Positions 1 through 12,472 of a DNA stretch of 64,000 nucleotides are shown piece by piece. Origin of the DNA: Syncephalis fuscata S228 (Eukaryota > Fungi > Zoopagomycota); the NCBI GenBank assembly GCA_025786725.1, contig JAHLTZ010000039.1, forward strand, positions 1 through 64,000, given 5' to 3'. The notes below the pieces were generated by a model that was not told the DNA's origin, made no database searches, and saw only the letters and a list, made by a program, of their open reading frames with translations. The position numbers and the translations under genes are program-made. The stretch's first letter is position 1. Each line of letters opens with the position of its first letter.

Positions 1-686
1 CTAGGATTTATTAGCGTATCAGTAGAATTATTATTGTCGCTGCTGTTGTTAATGTACGCATTTGTGTATGTGTATGGATGAGTGTGAAGCTGGGTGTTGG
101 GGGGGGCAGAAATAGGACGAAGCGCAAGGCGGATTCACACATCATGCTAACACACCTCACCGCCTTATCTTTTTTCTTTTACCATTCCCATTCACTTCCC
201 GGTTTACATTTGGGATTACTCCGTTTAGACACACACACACACACTTATAGCCGCCGCCACTGCGATCCCTTCTGTGTGTAGCTGCGCTGTTAGTTGCCTG
301 TGTCCGTATCCGGTTAAAAGGAAGCCTCCACGCCATTTTACCGCTGGTATTTTGCGCACTTATCCTCACTCGTTGGTTTTACATACCATCACCACCACCA
401 CCACTACACACCAACATCACACATCCCTGCCTTCATTCGCATCATTTACGTTTGTTGCGACGTTTCCCCCTTTCTTTCACCTTTCACTAACAACAACACA
501 CTACTTATTTACACCGATTATTAGCTCGCCTATTTTATTCTTGTTGCAACGAACAACAACTAGCTTTTTTGCTATTTGATTATCAGTAGCAACAACACTA
601 ACAAAAAATACACCACCACCACCATACACCACGTAAACACATTGTTGTCCGGTCGTGAAGTGCAACCAGTGTAGCCCATCTACAAG

Positions 687-3600
687 ATGTCGAATGACCC
701 ACAAATTGGTAAGTAGCTGTTGTTGTTATGCTGTGCACTATCTATACATAGTATGTACAGTGTGTTATTTTTGTTTGAGTGAGGTAACAACGCGGCAGGT
801 TCATATTGTTTATCTAAAACAAACAATATGATACGCAGCGCCCATCCTAAACTTGTTCGCAGATGTACGCGCGATTGTTTTCCCGACCATTACTTCTCCT
901 TCTACTACACTTCATGGGTTCTATTCGTTCTTCCATGCATACTGGTTAATGATGGATGGGCACACATTTGGCACTTTCTTGTTTGTATGTCTTGAGGTAC
1001 ATTTTTTCTACTCTTCTGTAACCATTGATTCTTACAATGTGGCACGCCACCCCCTTTTGCCCTGCCCTGATTGGAAAAAACCGGCTGGGCAAGGATGAAA
1101 AGATAGGCTAGCGGCGACATTTACTCTGAAGTGCCAATGAACGAATGAAAGAATGTAATTCTATGTGTGTGTGTCCACTGCGGTGTTTCCTTTTGCCTTT
1201 GCTCTCTCGCTCTCGCTCTACAGCATCATCATTTGCCTTTAATACGCCGCACTTCTCGCTCACTCTTCCGGCACACGACTGGTCAGATGAACTTTTTATT
1301 GCTTGCGCTTCTTTGATTCTAATCGTTATTACCATCTGGCACAGCTGGCTGTTTCCTTTTCATTAATTGATTAGCATATTCGGAATTTATCCTTTTACAC
1401 GGTCTACTATTGCCATTCACATATTGAATCGGCAATTATTACATTCTATTCTATTACTCCGATCTTGCTGACAATTTCACACACAACCTTTCACTCATTC
1501 ACATCGATCCACACTCTACTTAATCGCATACCACGCTCTATACACAAATCACTTTCATTTATTGCTAGTATTATTATTAGCAATTAGTACCACTCTTATT
1601 ATCATTATATCGCTACTACCATCCATCTTCTTCATCAGCTGCCACCTTGTCTGTGCCTCGCCTATCTTCATCCGTTTTCCTATTTCTTTCCTTGCCTATT
1701 CGGTCAGTCACAGCTGGTGCTATCCGTTTTCTCTTTGTTTTTCCAAAACAATACACACACTCAGCTAGCTACACACACAATCCACTGCCCTTTGCCTTTT
1801 AACGTCCACTGCGCAACCATCACATCTACGCACTACAACCAACTAACCTTTTCTTCTTTATTTATCGATTACTGTCGCTATGTCGTCGTCTTCTACAGAA
1901 CGGACAGAGTCTGTGGCCGATGATGGCACCAAGACCGCTATCACTGTGACGACTACTACCGCCGATAATGGTACTGTTACCGTTGAGACGGTTACCGTTG
2001 TAACGAAGCCTGATGGCAGTACCAACACCACTACTGAAGTAGAGGAGTTCACCGAAGAGACGATTGAAGAACAAGCTGTTGAGGCCACCGAAAAGGGCGC
2101 CGTTGTTATTCCTATGACCGACATCAAGTCAGTCGATAAGCATGCTGATGCTAAGGAAGCCCACAAAGGCACTGGCCAACTGGAGATTGAAGAGCACGTC
2201 CACGTTGAAATGACTGAGGAGATTGATGAGGAGCTTGAAAAGCTACTTCAAACCGATCACACCAAGGGTCTAACCAGCGAGGAGGCTGTCCAACGTCTTG
2301 AACAGTTTGGTCGCAATGAAATTGCTGAAGTCAAGCACAATCCTTTCCTCAAGTTCCTTTCGTACTTTACCGGTGCCATTGCTTTCCTTATCGAGGTGGC
2401 TGCCATTCTATCTGGTGTAGTAGAGGATTGGATCAGTTTCGGTATTATCATCGTTCTGTTGATTGTCAATGCCGTTATCGGTTTTGTTGAAGAAGCTCGT
2501 GCCGAATCCGCCCTTGACGCGCTTAAGAACACACTGGCCCTTAAGGCCCGTGTCTGGCGTAATGGTGAGCTCGTTGAAATTGATACCGTCGAACTTGTCC
2601 CTGGTGATATTGTCATTCTACGTTTGGGTGATATTATTCCTGCCGATTGCCGTCTTCTTGGTATTGGTGCCACTGGTGAAGCTGTTGAAGATGATCTACA
2701 AATCGATCAATCTGCTCTTACTGGTGAATCCCTTCCCGTCCACAAGAAAAAGAACGACACCGTCTACTCTTCATCCATCGTTAAGCAAGGTCAAATGTTG
2801 GCTGTTGTCACCAAGACCGGTTCCAATACTTTCATCGGCCGTGCTGCTAACTTGATGGCTATCACTACTGAGGCTGGTCATTTCCAAAAGATTGTCAACC
2901 AAATTGGTAACTTCTTGGTTGTTGTCACTATTGTCATGGTTGTTGTTCTGTTCTTGTACAAGCTGCTTAAGAAGGGTGACAAGGCTCTTGATGCTCTTCG
3001 TGAAGTGGTCGTCTTGACTGTTGCTGCTATTCCTGTCGGTTTACCTACTGTTTTGTCTGTTACCATGGCTGTCGGTGCTAAGCAATTGGCCAAGAAGAAG
3101 GTTATTGTTAAGCGCTTAACAGCTGTCGAAGAAATGGCTTCAGTTAAGATTCTATGTTCCGACAAGACCGGTACTCTTACTCTTAACGAGTTGACCTTTG
3201 ACGATCCATTCCTCTGTGCTGGCTATTCTGCTTCCGATCTTCTTCTCAACGCCTATCTTGCCTCCGAGCCAGGTGCCAACGATCCTATCGAAAAGGCCGT
3301 CCGTACTGCTGCTATCGAACAAGTTGACATTCTTAACAACGTTGACAAGACCCACGAAATCCCCGGCTACAAAGTTACCTCCTTCTTGCCTTTCAATCCA
3401 GATACTAAACGTACTCAAGCTACCGTGACCAACACCACTACCGGCGAACAATTCCGTGTCTCTAAGGGTGCTCCACAAGTTATTGTCAAGCTTGTTGGTG
3501 GCCACGATGCCGCTGTTTTGGCTGTCAATGACTTGGCCCGTCGTGGTCTACGTGCCTTGGGTGTAGCCCGTACCGTTCCTGGCTCTATGGATGAGTGGGA

Positions 3601-4855
3601 ATTGGTTGGTATGATCTCATTGCTCGATCCACCACGTCCCGACTCGGCTGAGACTATTCTCAACTTGGCCAAGATGGGTGTTGAGGTCAAGATGATTACT
3701 GGTGATCAGCAGATCATTGGTAAGGAAGTCGCCCAGCGTCTTGGTATGCAGCGTGTCATTCTTGATGCCAACAAGTTGATTGAGCCTGGTGTGTCTGAAG
3801 AAGAAATCGTCCGTCGTTGTGAACGCTCTGATGGTTTCGCTCAAGTCATTCCTGAACACAAATACCGTGTTGTTGAATTGTTGCAAGAGAAGGGATACCT
3901 TGTCGGTATGACAGGCGACGGTGTCAACGACGCCCCAGCCTTGAAGAAGGCCAACGTCGGTATTGCCGTCCACGGCTGTACTGATGCTGCCCGTTCTGCC
4001 GCCGATATTGTATTGCTCGCTCCTGGTCTTTCTACCATCTGTGATGGTGTCACCACTTCCCGTGCTATCTTCCAACGTATGCGTTCTTATGCCCTTTACC
4101 GTATTACATCGACCATTCATTTCTTGATCTTCTTCTTTATTATTATCTTGGTAGAAGACTGGAACTTGAGTCCATTGCTGTTGATTATCATCACCATTTT
4201 GAACGATGCCGCCACCTTGGTTATTGCCGTCGATAACGCCCAAATCTCTGAACAGCCCGACAAATGGCGTTTGGGTCAATTGATTACGCTTTCCTTCATT
4301 CTTGGTCTTTTCTTGACTGCCGCTTCATTTGCTCACTACTACATTGCTCGCCATCTATTGAACGAGCAGCACCCTGGTGATGCCGATCTGGTCAAGGCCA
4401 AACTGACCACGGTGATGTACCTGCATATCTCATCGTGCCCTCACTTTGTTATCTTCTCCACGCGTCTATCCGGCTATTTCTGGGAGAACTTCCCATCGTT
4501 GACCTTCTTTGTCGCTATTATTGCCACACAAATTCTTGCTATGTTGATGTCCATTTTCGGTATTGGTGAAGAATTGGCCGCCGTTGGTCCAGCCTGGGGC
4601 TTCGCCATCATCTTCATCTCGCTCGGCTACTTCATTGTTCTTGACTTTGTCAAGGTCCAAGTCCTCCGCATGTGGTCGTTTGAATTGACTGCCGTCCTCT
4701 GGCCATCACCAGCTCGTCGTCGCAAGTTGGCCGACCGCAAGCAGCAAGCCATCGTTGATGCTCGTGTCCGCACTAACATCGAAAAGGTACGCCGTGTCAT
4801 CACCATGTCGAAGGTCATCATCGCCTTCAAGGCTGCCCAGGCTGAAAAGAAATAA
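687..4855 (+). CDS. PMA1: Plasma-membrane P3A-type H+-ATPase; main exon 1899-4855 with a probable short first exon 687-708 (alternative start at 1880)
   Basis: 991-aa ORF with TGES, CSDKTGTLT phosphorylation motif, KGAP, DPPR, MITGD, TGDGVNDAPALKKA and ILNDAATL. Upstream ATG TCG AAT GAC CCA CAA ATT G|GTAAGT splices in frame to the CAG at 1896-1898. Confidence 0.96.
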
Positions 4856-5204
4856 TTATTATTATCTATATAATATCATCAGCATGATATCATCATCTCC
4901 ATTCGTTTACTTGTGATTTTGTTGTTGTTGTTGTTGTTATATAGAGGAACCGAAGGCCGATAGCTAACAAGCTTGCTCCTGCTTATTCGTTTGTCGCTTG
5001 TTGTAGACACGCGTACGCGCCTTCTAAACCAAACGTTCCCTTTTTCCTTCTCTTTTAAATTCTCCACAACACCTACACAGTTTTTACATCTTTTTTACTA
5101 TTAAAGAGTATTATTTTAATCCTCTATCTATATCTTAGATATCGAAGATGGCAGTTGGTGTTTAATGACATTATTATTTTTATTGATGAATATGTTTATA
5201 ATCG

Positions 5205-5610
5205 TTTTGTTTTGGTGTGAAATGACTTTTCAGTATATTCGCTATTATACTGAAATGCGTTCTACGATAATAAGTAGTTTGGGGTCAAATAACTTTTGTT
5301 ATATTTAATTAATTATTTTAATATACTCGCTATTTACTGATAGCTCGTTCTATAATAATGAGTAGTTTGGTATCAAATGACATCACTATTATAGTTTCAC
5401 ATATTAACAACACATCTCACAATCTACGTCATCACATTTCCTTTCTCTTTCTTCACACTTGACAGCATATATCCATTGCATATGTACACACTATATATGC
5501 TAATTAGATAGTGTCAGTAGTTGACTGGCTACTAGTCAAGTACAAACACCTTCTACACTATGTCTTTGCCTTGCTCTTTTGTAATTACCTTCATTGCTTT
5601 GATAATTGGC
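5205..5610 (+). repeat. Direct repeat copy 1 (~400 bp; partner at ~11055-11495), ending in a signal-peptide-like ORF start
   Basis: Shares CACATCTCACAATCTACGTCA, ACACTTGACAGCATATATCCATTGCATAT and TACAAACACCTTCTACACTATGTCTTTGCCTTGCTCTTTTGTAATTACCTTCATTGCTTTGATAATTGG with copy 2. Confidence 0.9.
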
Positions 5611-6305
5611 TGGTGTCATCCACCACCCAGCTCCATCTTTAATAAAACGAATGTCTAGTTCAATTATACCAATGTTATTAAATGTAGTCATTTGGCTCAC
5701 AAACCATACTGAATGTTTAACAAACTTTTTAATAACAATAGCAGAAATTAATTAGTTAATTAAATCAGTGATACTATTGTTTAAATGAATAGTGTGCTTA
5801 GTATTGAATGTAGTTGTAGTCTAGTTATGTAACATCAATAGATTCGAACCAAATAAATAATATTACTTTAATTGTAAAGCAAATACTAAGCGTAAAATTA
5901 AATAGACAATAGCAATGCTGCCATTAATATAATATCATATTGTATCAATAAACATTCCATACACTTTGTTAAAATCATTTAGTTCAATATACATAATATC
6001 CTTCTTTGCTATTACTGATGCTTCATTTATTTAACCAATACATTCAAAAGCATGCAATAACAGCACCAATCAACACTTGGTGGGGTAAAAAACCAAATGG
6101 ATACACAGTTCTTTCATTTGGAAAACCGTACCAAGCGATAGCACTAACTACAATATACAATACTGCAGTTGATACTTGTGTAAATAAAGACAATTATCGG
6201 TATTGTAAGTTGCATGCAGAAACAATGGTGCATGATAAAAAATATAGCCCAAATGTATCTGCTGACTGGCACCAATGCTTGAATGACTATAGAAAAATGT
6301 TTTAG
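5560..6305 (+). pseudogene. Probable disrupted small secreted Cys-containing protein gene (paralog of 11446-11950)
   Basis: MSLPCSFVITFIALIIG from 5560 breaks off at a dispersed-repeat fragment (~5614). Downstream ORF 6006-6305 ends ...DWHQCLNDYRKMF, and DWHQCL also occurs in the second copy. Confidence 0.4.
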
Positions 6306-8601
6306 TATTGCTTAGTAGTAATATAATATCATACATCTAGTCAGCCGCTGTTCATATATGATTCATAGCGTACATGTAGTGTGGTTGTTTGTTGTTTGGA
6401 TAGTGTTATTTTAAGTGTTATACAAACTAGATAAAAAACAAGTTGAAAAGTTGTTAAAAGCTGTTAATCGAGACAGCAGCTAATAAAGAGACTATGCGTC
6501 CACCGGGAGTACTGACAATACTACGACTTGGGCATAAGTACCATTTGCCAGATGCACATAGCTTTTATTAGCCGCCACCAAGATGACGATGCTGTTTATA
6601 AATGTTATAATATATTATAGCAATCTAAATGCAGCAATAAACATTACAAAACTACTGGTTCACCCAATTGTAGCTGACGTTTAAAGACAAACATCTATGA
6701 ATACTACAGTAATTACAACTAAACAGCATATTGTTATATGCTGATGCACTATTAAAGATTGCAATATAACAGCTAGTCTACGCCACGCTACAACTAATCG
6801 TAGAATACCATCTATTCCTGAGACACATCCAAAGGTGGTCCTAATCATGTAGCCCCCGGCAATGAACCTTAGACTTTCAAATGATATTGCAACTAGCGCT
6901 ATATTGCAATCATTTAACAGCACCCACAAGTAAACAGTAGTTGATATATGGCACTCATCACAAATGATCCACATATCACACCAATCTAGTGTGCGATGGC
7001 AGTGTTCAGCAAGTTGACTACTGCCACACACCTCCAGCGCGCATTACAAACAAGTGGACACTAACATATAGCCACCCATCACAGGTCGCCGCATCAACAT
7101 GAGGGGGCTTACAGCAATACTGACTTGCTAAACACTGCTACTGCACGCTCTAGCATCCCACATGTCTCCGCACTACACTAGTATACAGTCGCCTATTACA
7201 GGCAACCATATAATTATTGAGCCAGTACAATACAATAGTCTGCAATATCATATTACACATTCAATACAGTACACAAGTAAGAACACAGTATTTCATGGTC
7301 AACCAACAGGGGGACCACACGCCACTGGATGTAGCTACTAGACTTGATGCTCTCCATTAACAAACGGTTTACAGCACATCAACAACTGGAAACAGAAGAA
7401 GGCGAGATAATGAGCAAAAGTGTTCCATGCGCGTCCTTATAAACCTGGTCTAAACATCTACCAATTGGAATGGACAATATAGGCAAGAAAGCATGTGGTG
7501 GCTGTCTATTGGCGTATTGCACCCGTTGAGCTATTCTAGTACACAGTGCTATCTGTAACACGTCATTCATCCCACTTGACTTGTATTGCCATATATAATT
7601 GCTAGAATGGTAAACTGCTTATTTACTAGAGATGTATAAGTAAAGCAGTTTAATCTATAGATACATTGCTGGTATAGCACTTTGTTAGCTAATTAAAAGC
7701 ATCAGCTCATATGTTGTGGTGAAACTGATGCGTGTAATTAACGGCCAGTATAAAGAACTGGGGAAATACAGGTAAACGTGATACGATGATAATTGTATTT
7801 ATCCTCTTATCAGTATATCAATTACATTCCTGCCTGCCTGCCTCTGCTTACATCCGTCTTCCATTCTATGTCAATCATGTTCTGCGCAAACTGCCACGTC
7901 ATTTGCAACAATTAGTTCCTTTGAATTGCCTAATGCGATCTAATCAAACGTGCTATTTTATTCACGTCGTGTTACTATACTAGCAGTATCTTTAGATGTT
8001 AGCAAATGGCCCACTTTTTCAAAATGCACCCGCCATTTCGCACACAATCAAATTGGTCGATCCACACAATATTTATTACTTTTATTAATTAAACAAAGTG
8101 GCTTTTCCTTTAAAAATATGGTATATCACATAATCTGCCGATTGAGTTTCAATATTGCCAAATGGAAATAAAATGCAATATGATTATAATATATTGCAAA
8201 AAGTATGCTAGAATTAATTGGCTGAAAAGAAGAATATACGCGTAATCTTATTGACTGCAAGGATCAATATGCAAACCAGAATGATGTAGCCATGTATGTT
8301 GGCCAAATAGTCATACAAGTTGTCGATAAACGCGATAGTTTGCTTTACAGCTTACAAACACAGCAATAATATTAGTAACTGAATATGCTACAAGTGCTAC
8401 GTTAAATATCTGCAAAATAAAACACTATTATTGTACTATTGTCTTGAATGCTCATCATATCTTAATACTGTACGTGTATTTAAACTCATGGAAAGCGTGA
8501 CGAACATGTTTTACTTTACTTTTTGTTATCATTTTCTTTTAACGTTCATTTTCAATTGAAGTCTACTCGTTTTAACATCTGTATCCAATATTGCTAACAC
8601 C

Positions 8602-10904
8602 ATGAGTTCTCAAGATAACAATCAAACCTCCACTTTTGCTTCTACATCCGCTGCCCTTACTCCGGCTGCAGTTGCCGCAGAACTGCCACCAAATCTTCTA
8701 TGTGATGAGGATTTGATGTATTATAATGTTCCTGACTGTTGGAACGATTTGCCGAGAGAAGAACGCGTCGGCATTGTCGCATGGGCTGAAGTCTGTGAAG
8801 CAACATCCAGCAGTATGTTAAATAGCATTATAAATATATACAGCTAAATATTATTTAGACATAGTGCTGTTAAAAACTCGACCTTATTACTTTGGAACAG
8901 ATGAATACCGGTAGCTATTTAAATGTATTTATAAAGTAATAAAATAACATTATACACATATTCCACAGCAGATATCGCTTTGCTAAAGAACCAATGCCAA
9001 ATGGTTATTTCAAATTGTTGGTGGTAAGTACATTATACGCTTTTATAAATTGGCATTAATTATAAATTAATTTAGAAAAATGGCATTATTAAATGCATAG
9101 TAAGCAAATAATTATTTAACATTTTATTACTAACCAGTAATTTAGAATATTAGATTGTCTAATTTAATAGGTTAGTGTATATAAATAATATTAGTTAAGT
9201 TGCTAACACTTGCTTTAGTTAATGGTACTGAATTGCGTGCCCTTGAGTCAAAAAACTTTACCGGAGATTGTATCATTAAAATGCCAGGAAGAGAAGGTAA
9301 GTGACAAATTATTTTTATTAACATTTCTAACCTTGCATAACAGTAACAGTTAACATTCGTGTTATTAAAAGTTTAACACCCGTCCAAGTAGAAGATAGCT
9401 TGGAATACGAAGAGGTAAGTCTATAAGCATATTTGAATATTACTGATATACCATTGCTATTAATACTATAGAAAATCAACGCGCGGTTTATGATTACCGA
9501 TAAGTCTATTGGAAAGTAAGTAATTAAACTAAACAAACTAATTAACTAATCGATTATTTGCAATAGAGGTGCACTCGGCAAAGTTTATTTAGGATTTGAC
9601 CGCAGCACAGGTCGGCGTGCTGCGGTCAAAATCTCAAAAAAAGAGCGTGGCATCGATGCCTTCAATCACGAAGTCTCCGTATTACGCAGAGTGGGCAACC
9701 ACTCTAACGTAATAAAATTGCTTGATGACAAAATCACCGCTTTGAACACGTACTTATTTCTTGAGTACGCGGCAGGCGGTGATCTCATCGATTACATCAT
9801 CTCTAAATCCGCGCTTCCAGAGATGGAAGCAAAACATATCTTCAAACAACTGCTTGAAGGCATCGAGGTAAGTATTATTATAAAAACATTAATCAAGCAC
9901 TAACACTTTATTAGTATCTTCACAGCAAAGATGTTGTACATTACGGTAAGCACACTGATCTATTAATTAATACAATTACTAACTGCCACCACTGTTGTTA
10001 CTGCGATCACTACTACTATTTAGATATCAAGGTAAGTAGTTTATTTAATATTTAACATCATTACTGACAGGTAAGCAGCCCGACAACGTGCTGTTGTTAG
10101 ATGGACAGGAATGTCCCAGAGTCGTATTTGCAGACTTTGGGATGGCACGCCCCCTCCTCTCCTCGCCCACTGTGACCGCTGCTTATGGCACAGTGTCCTA
10201 TATGGCACCTGAAGTGCTATTGAGATCTGATGCGCGGGAGAAGATGTTTGCTATTATCAATAGCACACCAGGGGCTGCAAGTCAGCTACCTTCGGCATTG
10301 TTGGATGCCAAGGGATACGGAAAGCCCGCCGACATGTGGAGCTTGGGAGCCACACTCCACACAATGTTGCTAGGTAAGTGCAAACAGAAACAACCATATT
10401 ATACTAAACTATCATATACTATCAATCAGGAAATTGGCCGTATGGATCTACAAATAACCAATCTGTGTATATGAGAACTATACTACAACATTCGCCGACA
10501 TTTGGTCAGGAAAAAGCCAACGGGCCAAGCAAACAAGGTAAGTTAATATATTTTATTAACAACAACTAATACATTGCAGCCGTTCAATTGATGAAGCGGC
10601 TACTAGACCTTGACAGTGGCACGCGGTATACAGCCAAGCAGGCACTAGACAGCTCTTGGTTTGATGACGAGAAAGAACAAATAGATGCAGCTATACCGTT
10701 TGACGCTACTTCTCCGAGCCAAGAAGAACCAGCGCTGTCAACAACACCAATAACACAACAGTAACACCAACTACACCGCCTGCACCTGCCGCAGCAATAA
10801 TACAAGCGCCAGCAAAGAAGAAGCAGCGTCAGTCGGCGCTCAAGCTTCCGCTACGAGTGCAGCCACATCGTCAGGCCCGTCTTGGCAAAAAGTATTATAA
10901 ATAA
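8602..10904 (+). CDS. Multi-intron CAMK-group Ser/Thr kinase with a possible degenerate N-terminal FHA-like region (Chk2/Dun1/Mek1-like layout)
   Basis: Spliced motifs GKGALGKV, AAVK, HYDIKPDN, DFG, GTVSYMAPE, DMWSLG and RYTAKQAL. Many short GT-AG introns. Probable frameshift near 10755-10762 in the low-complexity tail. The FHA call is weak. Confidence 0.85.
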
Positions 10905-11054
10905 ACGGTAAGAATTCACTAACAATTATACAAATTATAATATTGACGTGTATTTAGTTGTTCTATATCTTTTACCATTACTTGCATATATATATAAATA
11001 AACATTGTTCCATAGTCTATAATGCGATGAGAATTGATATGTTTTGTAATAATG

Positions 11055-11495
11055 ATTTTGGTGTTAAATGACTTTTATTCTTTTAATACATTTACTATTA
11101 TACTAAATATATGTTCTATAATAATGAGTAGTTTTGGTGGTAAAATGACTTTTATTCTTAATGCATTTATTCATTTACTATCAATCTGTTCTATGATGTA
11201 CTGACATGTTGGGTAGATTGACTTTTATTATTTCACACTCCATTTATTAATCAATTAAACTCGGCTGTTTATAAATATTGACTGACAGGCTCACATCTCA
11301 CAATCTACGTCACTACATTTCTCTTTCTCTTTCTTTACACTTGACAGCATATATCCATTGCATATACTTGTACACACTATATATACTAACTAGATATTGT
11401 TGGTAGTTAACTGACTACTAGTTATGTACAAACACCTTCTACACTATGTCTTTGCCTTGCTCTTTTGTAATTACCTTCATTGCTTTGATAATTGG
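11055..11495 (+). repeat. Direct repeat copy 2 (partner of 5205-5610)
   Basis: Same shared blocks as copy 1, plus internal sub-repeats of the type TTCTATAATAATGAGTAGTTTTGG...AAATGAC. Confidence 0.9.
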
Positions 11496-11950
11496 TATTG
11501 GCAGCTTCTTTGACACGGTAAGTGCATTCCTGGCTTGTTTTTGTGTTGTTTTGAATATATACTGTGAAGTCTAGTTGTATGCTTTGCTTTGCAATCTCAA
11601 TAATAGCAACATGCTCTGTTACTGCCGAGACAATATAGGCTACGGTCAGAGCAATATACAGTGGCAATCTATATTAAAGGCAAAGTATACAACGGATTTA
11701 GCAGCATATAGTTGCCAAAGTAGTCGCGTACTGCCGTTAGAATGATAGCCGTATTGTGTATGTGCGTAGTTACTTCTCCGTTGATTGTCTTTCTCTTCAA
11801 TCGCCTGAACAATCTCACTCATCAGTATTTCTTTCTAAGCACCAGTATTTGTACGATACTATGCTGGAGTTTCATTTTGCACTGTTTTCTGGCCCAATAC
11901 TGTGACTGGCACCAGTGTTTGTTATGGATTATTGTAGAGCATTTGTTTGC
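11446..11950 (+). CDS. Putative small secreted Cys-containing protein, possibly frameshifted or degenerate
   Basis: MSLPCSFVITFIALIIGIGSFFDT|GTAAGT...TAG|LYALLCNLNNSNMLCYCRDNIGYGQ...; a DWHQCL codon run lies at 11904 beyond the first stop. Confidence 0.45.
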
Positions 11951-12472
11951 AATATATCCTAATAATCTCACTCAAAATACGTCATTTTTAATTTATAAAT
12001 CAAATATTGCTATATTTATTCAATTAAGCATGCTATCAACAAACATATATAAAATCATACAAATTATTGCGTATTTTAGTGTATATTCCAAAATGTCTTT
12101 TGTATACTTATCATTGAATCAATAATCATTTATTAAATTGCTTGGTAATAACGCTGATAACTAGCACCACTTTGTTGTTTTGCACGATTAAAACTATCAA
12201 ATAGTAAACTTTATTTTCTGCTTCAAACTATCTGCATTTTGCTCAACTACTACTCTTGTAACTGTTATGTTGTATAGATTTAAAGATATTGTATTGCTGC
12301 TTGTGTTCATGATACTATGCTATGATTCAAATTATAAATATTTTTAAAAGGAATGCCTGCATTTATCATCAATAGTGTTTGTTATATATATTTTATTATT
12401 AAAGTTAATCTTTAAATCGCTTCATATATTTTTATGTTTATCCTGCTCCTTGCTTATACTATGCCGATTTGC

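Noticed and set aside
78-1800. Short ORFs upstream of PMA1
   Set aside because: Low-complexity translations of promoter, UTR and intron sequence; only the 687-708 exon has splice support.
1858-4830. Multiple antisense ORFs inside PMA1 (e.g. 3617-4279, 220 aa)
   Set aside because: Expected shadow ORFs from strong codon bias in a highly expressed gene; no recognisable motifs.
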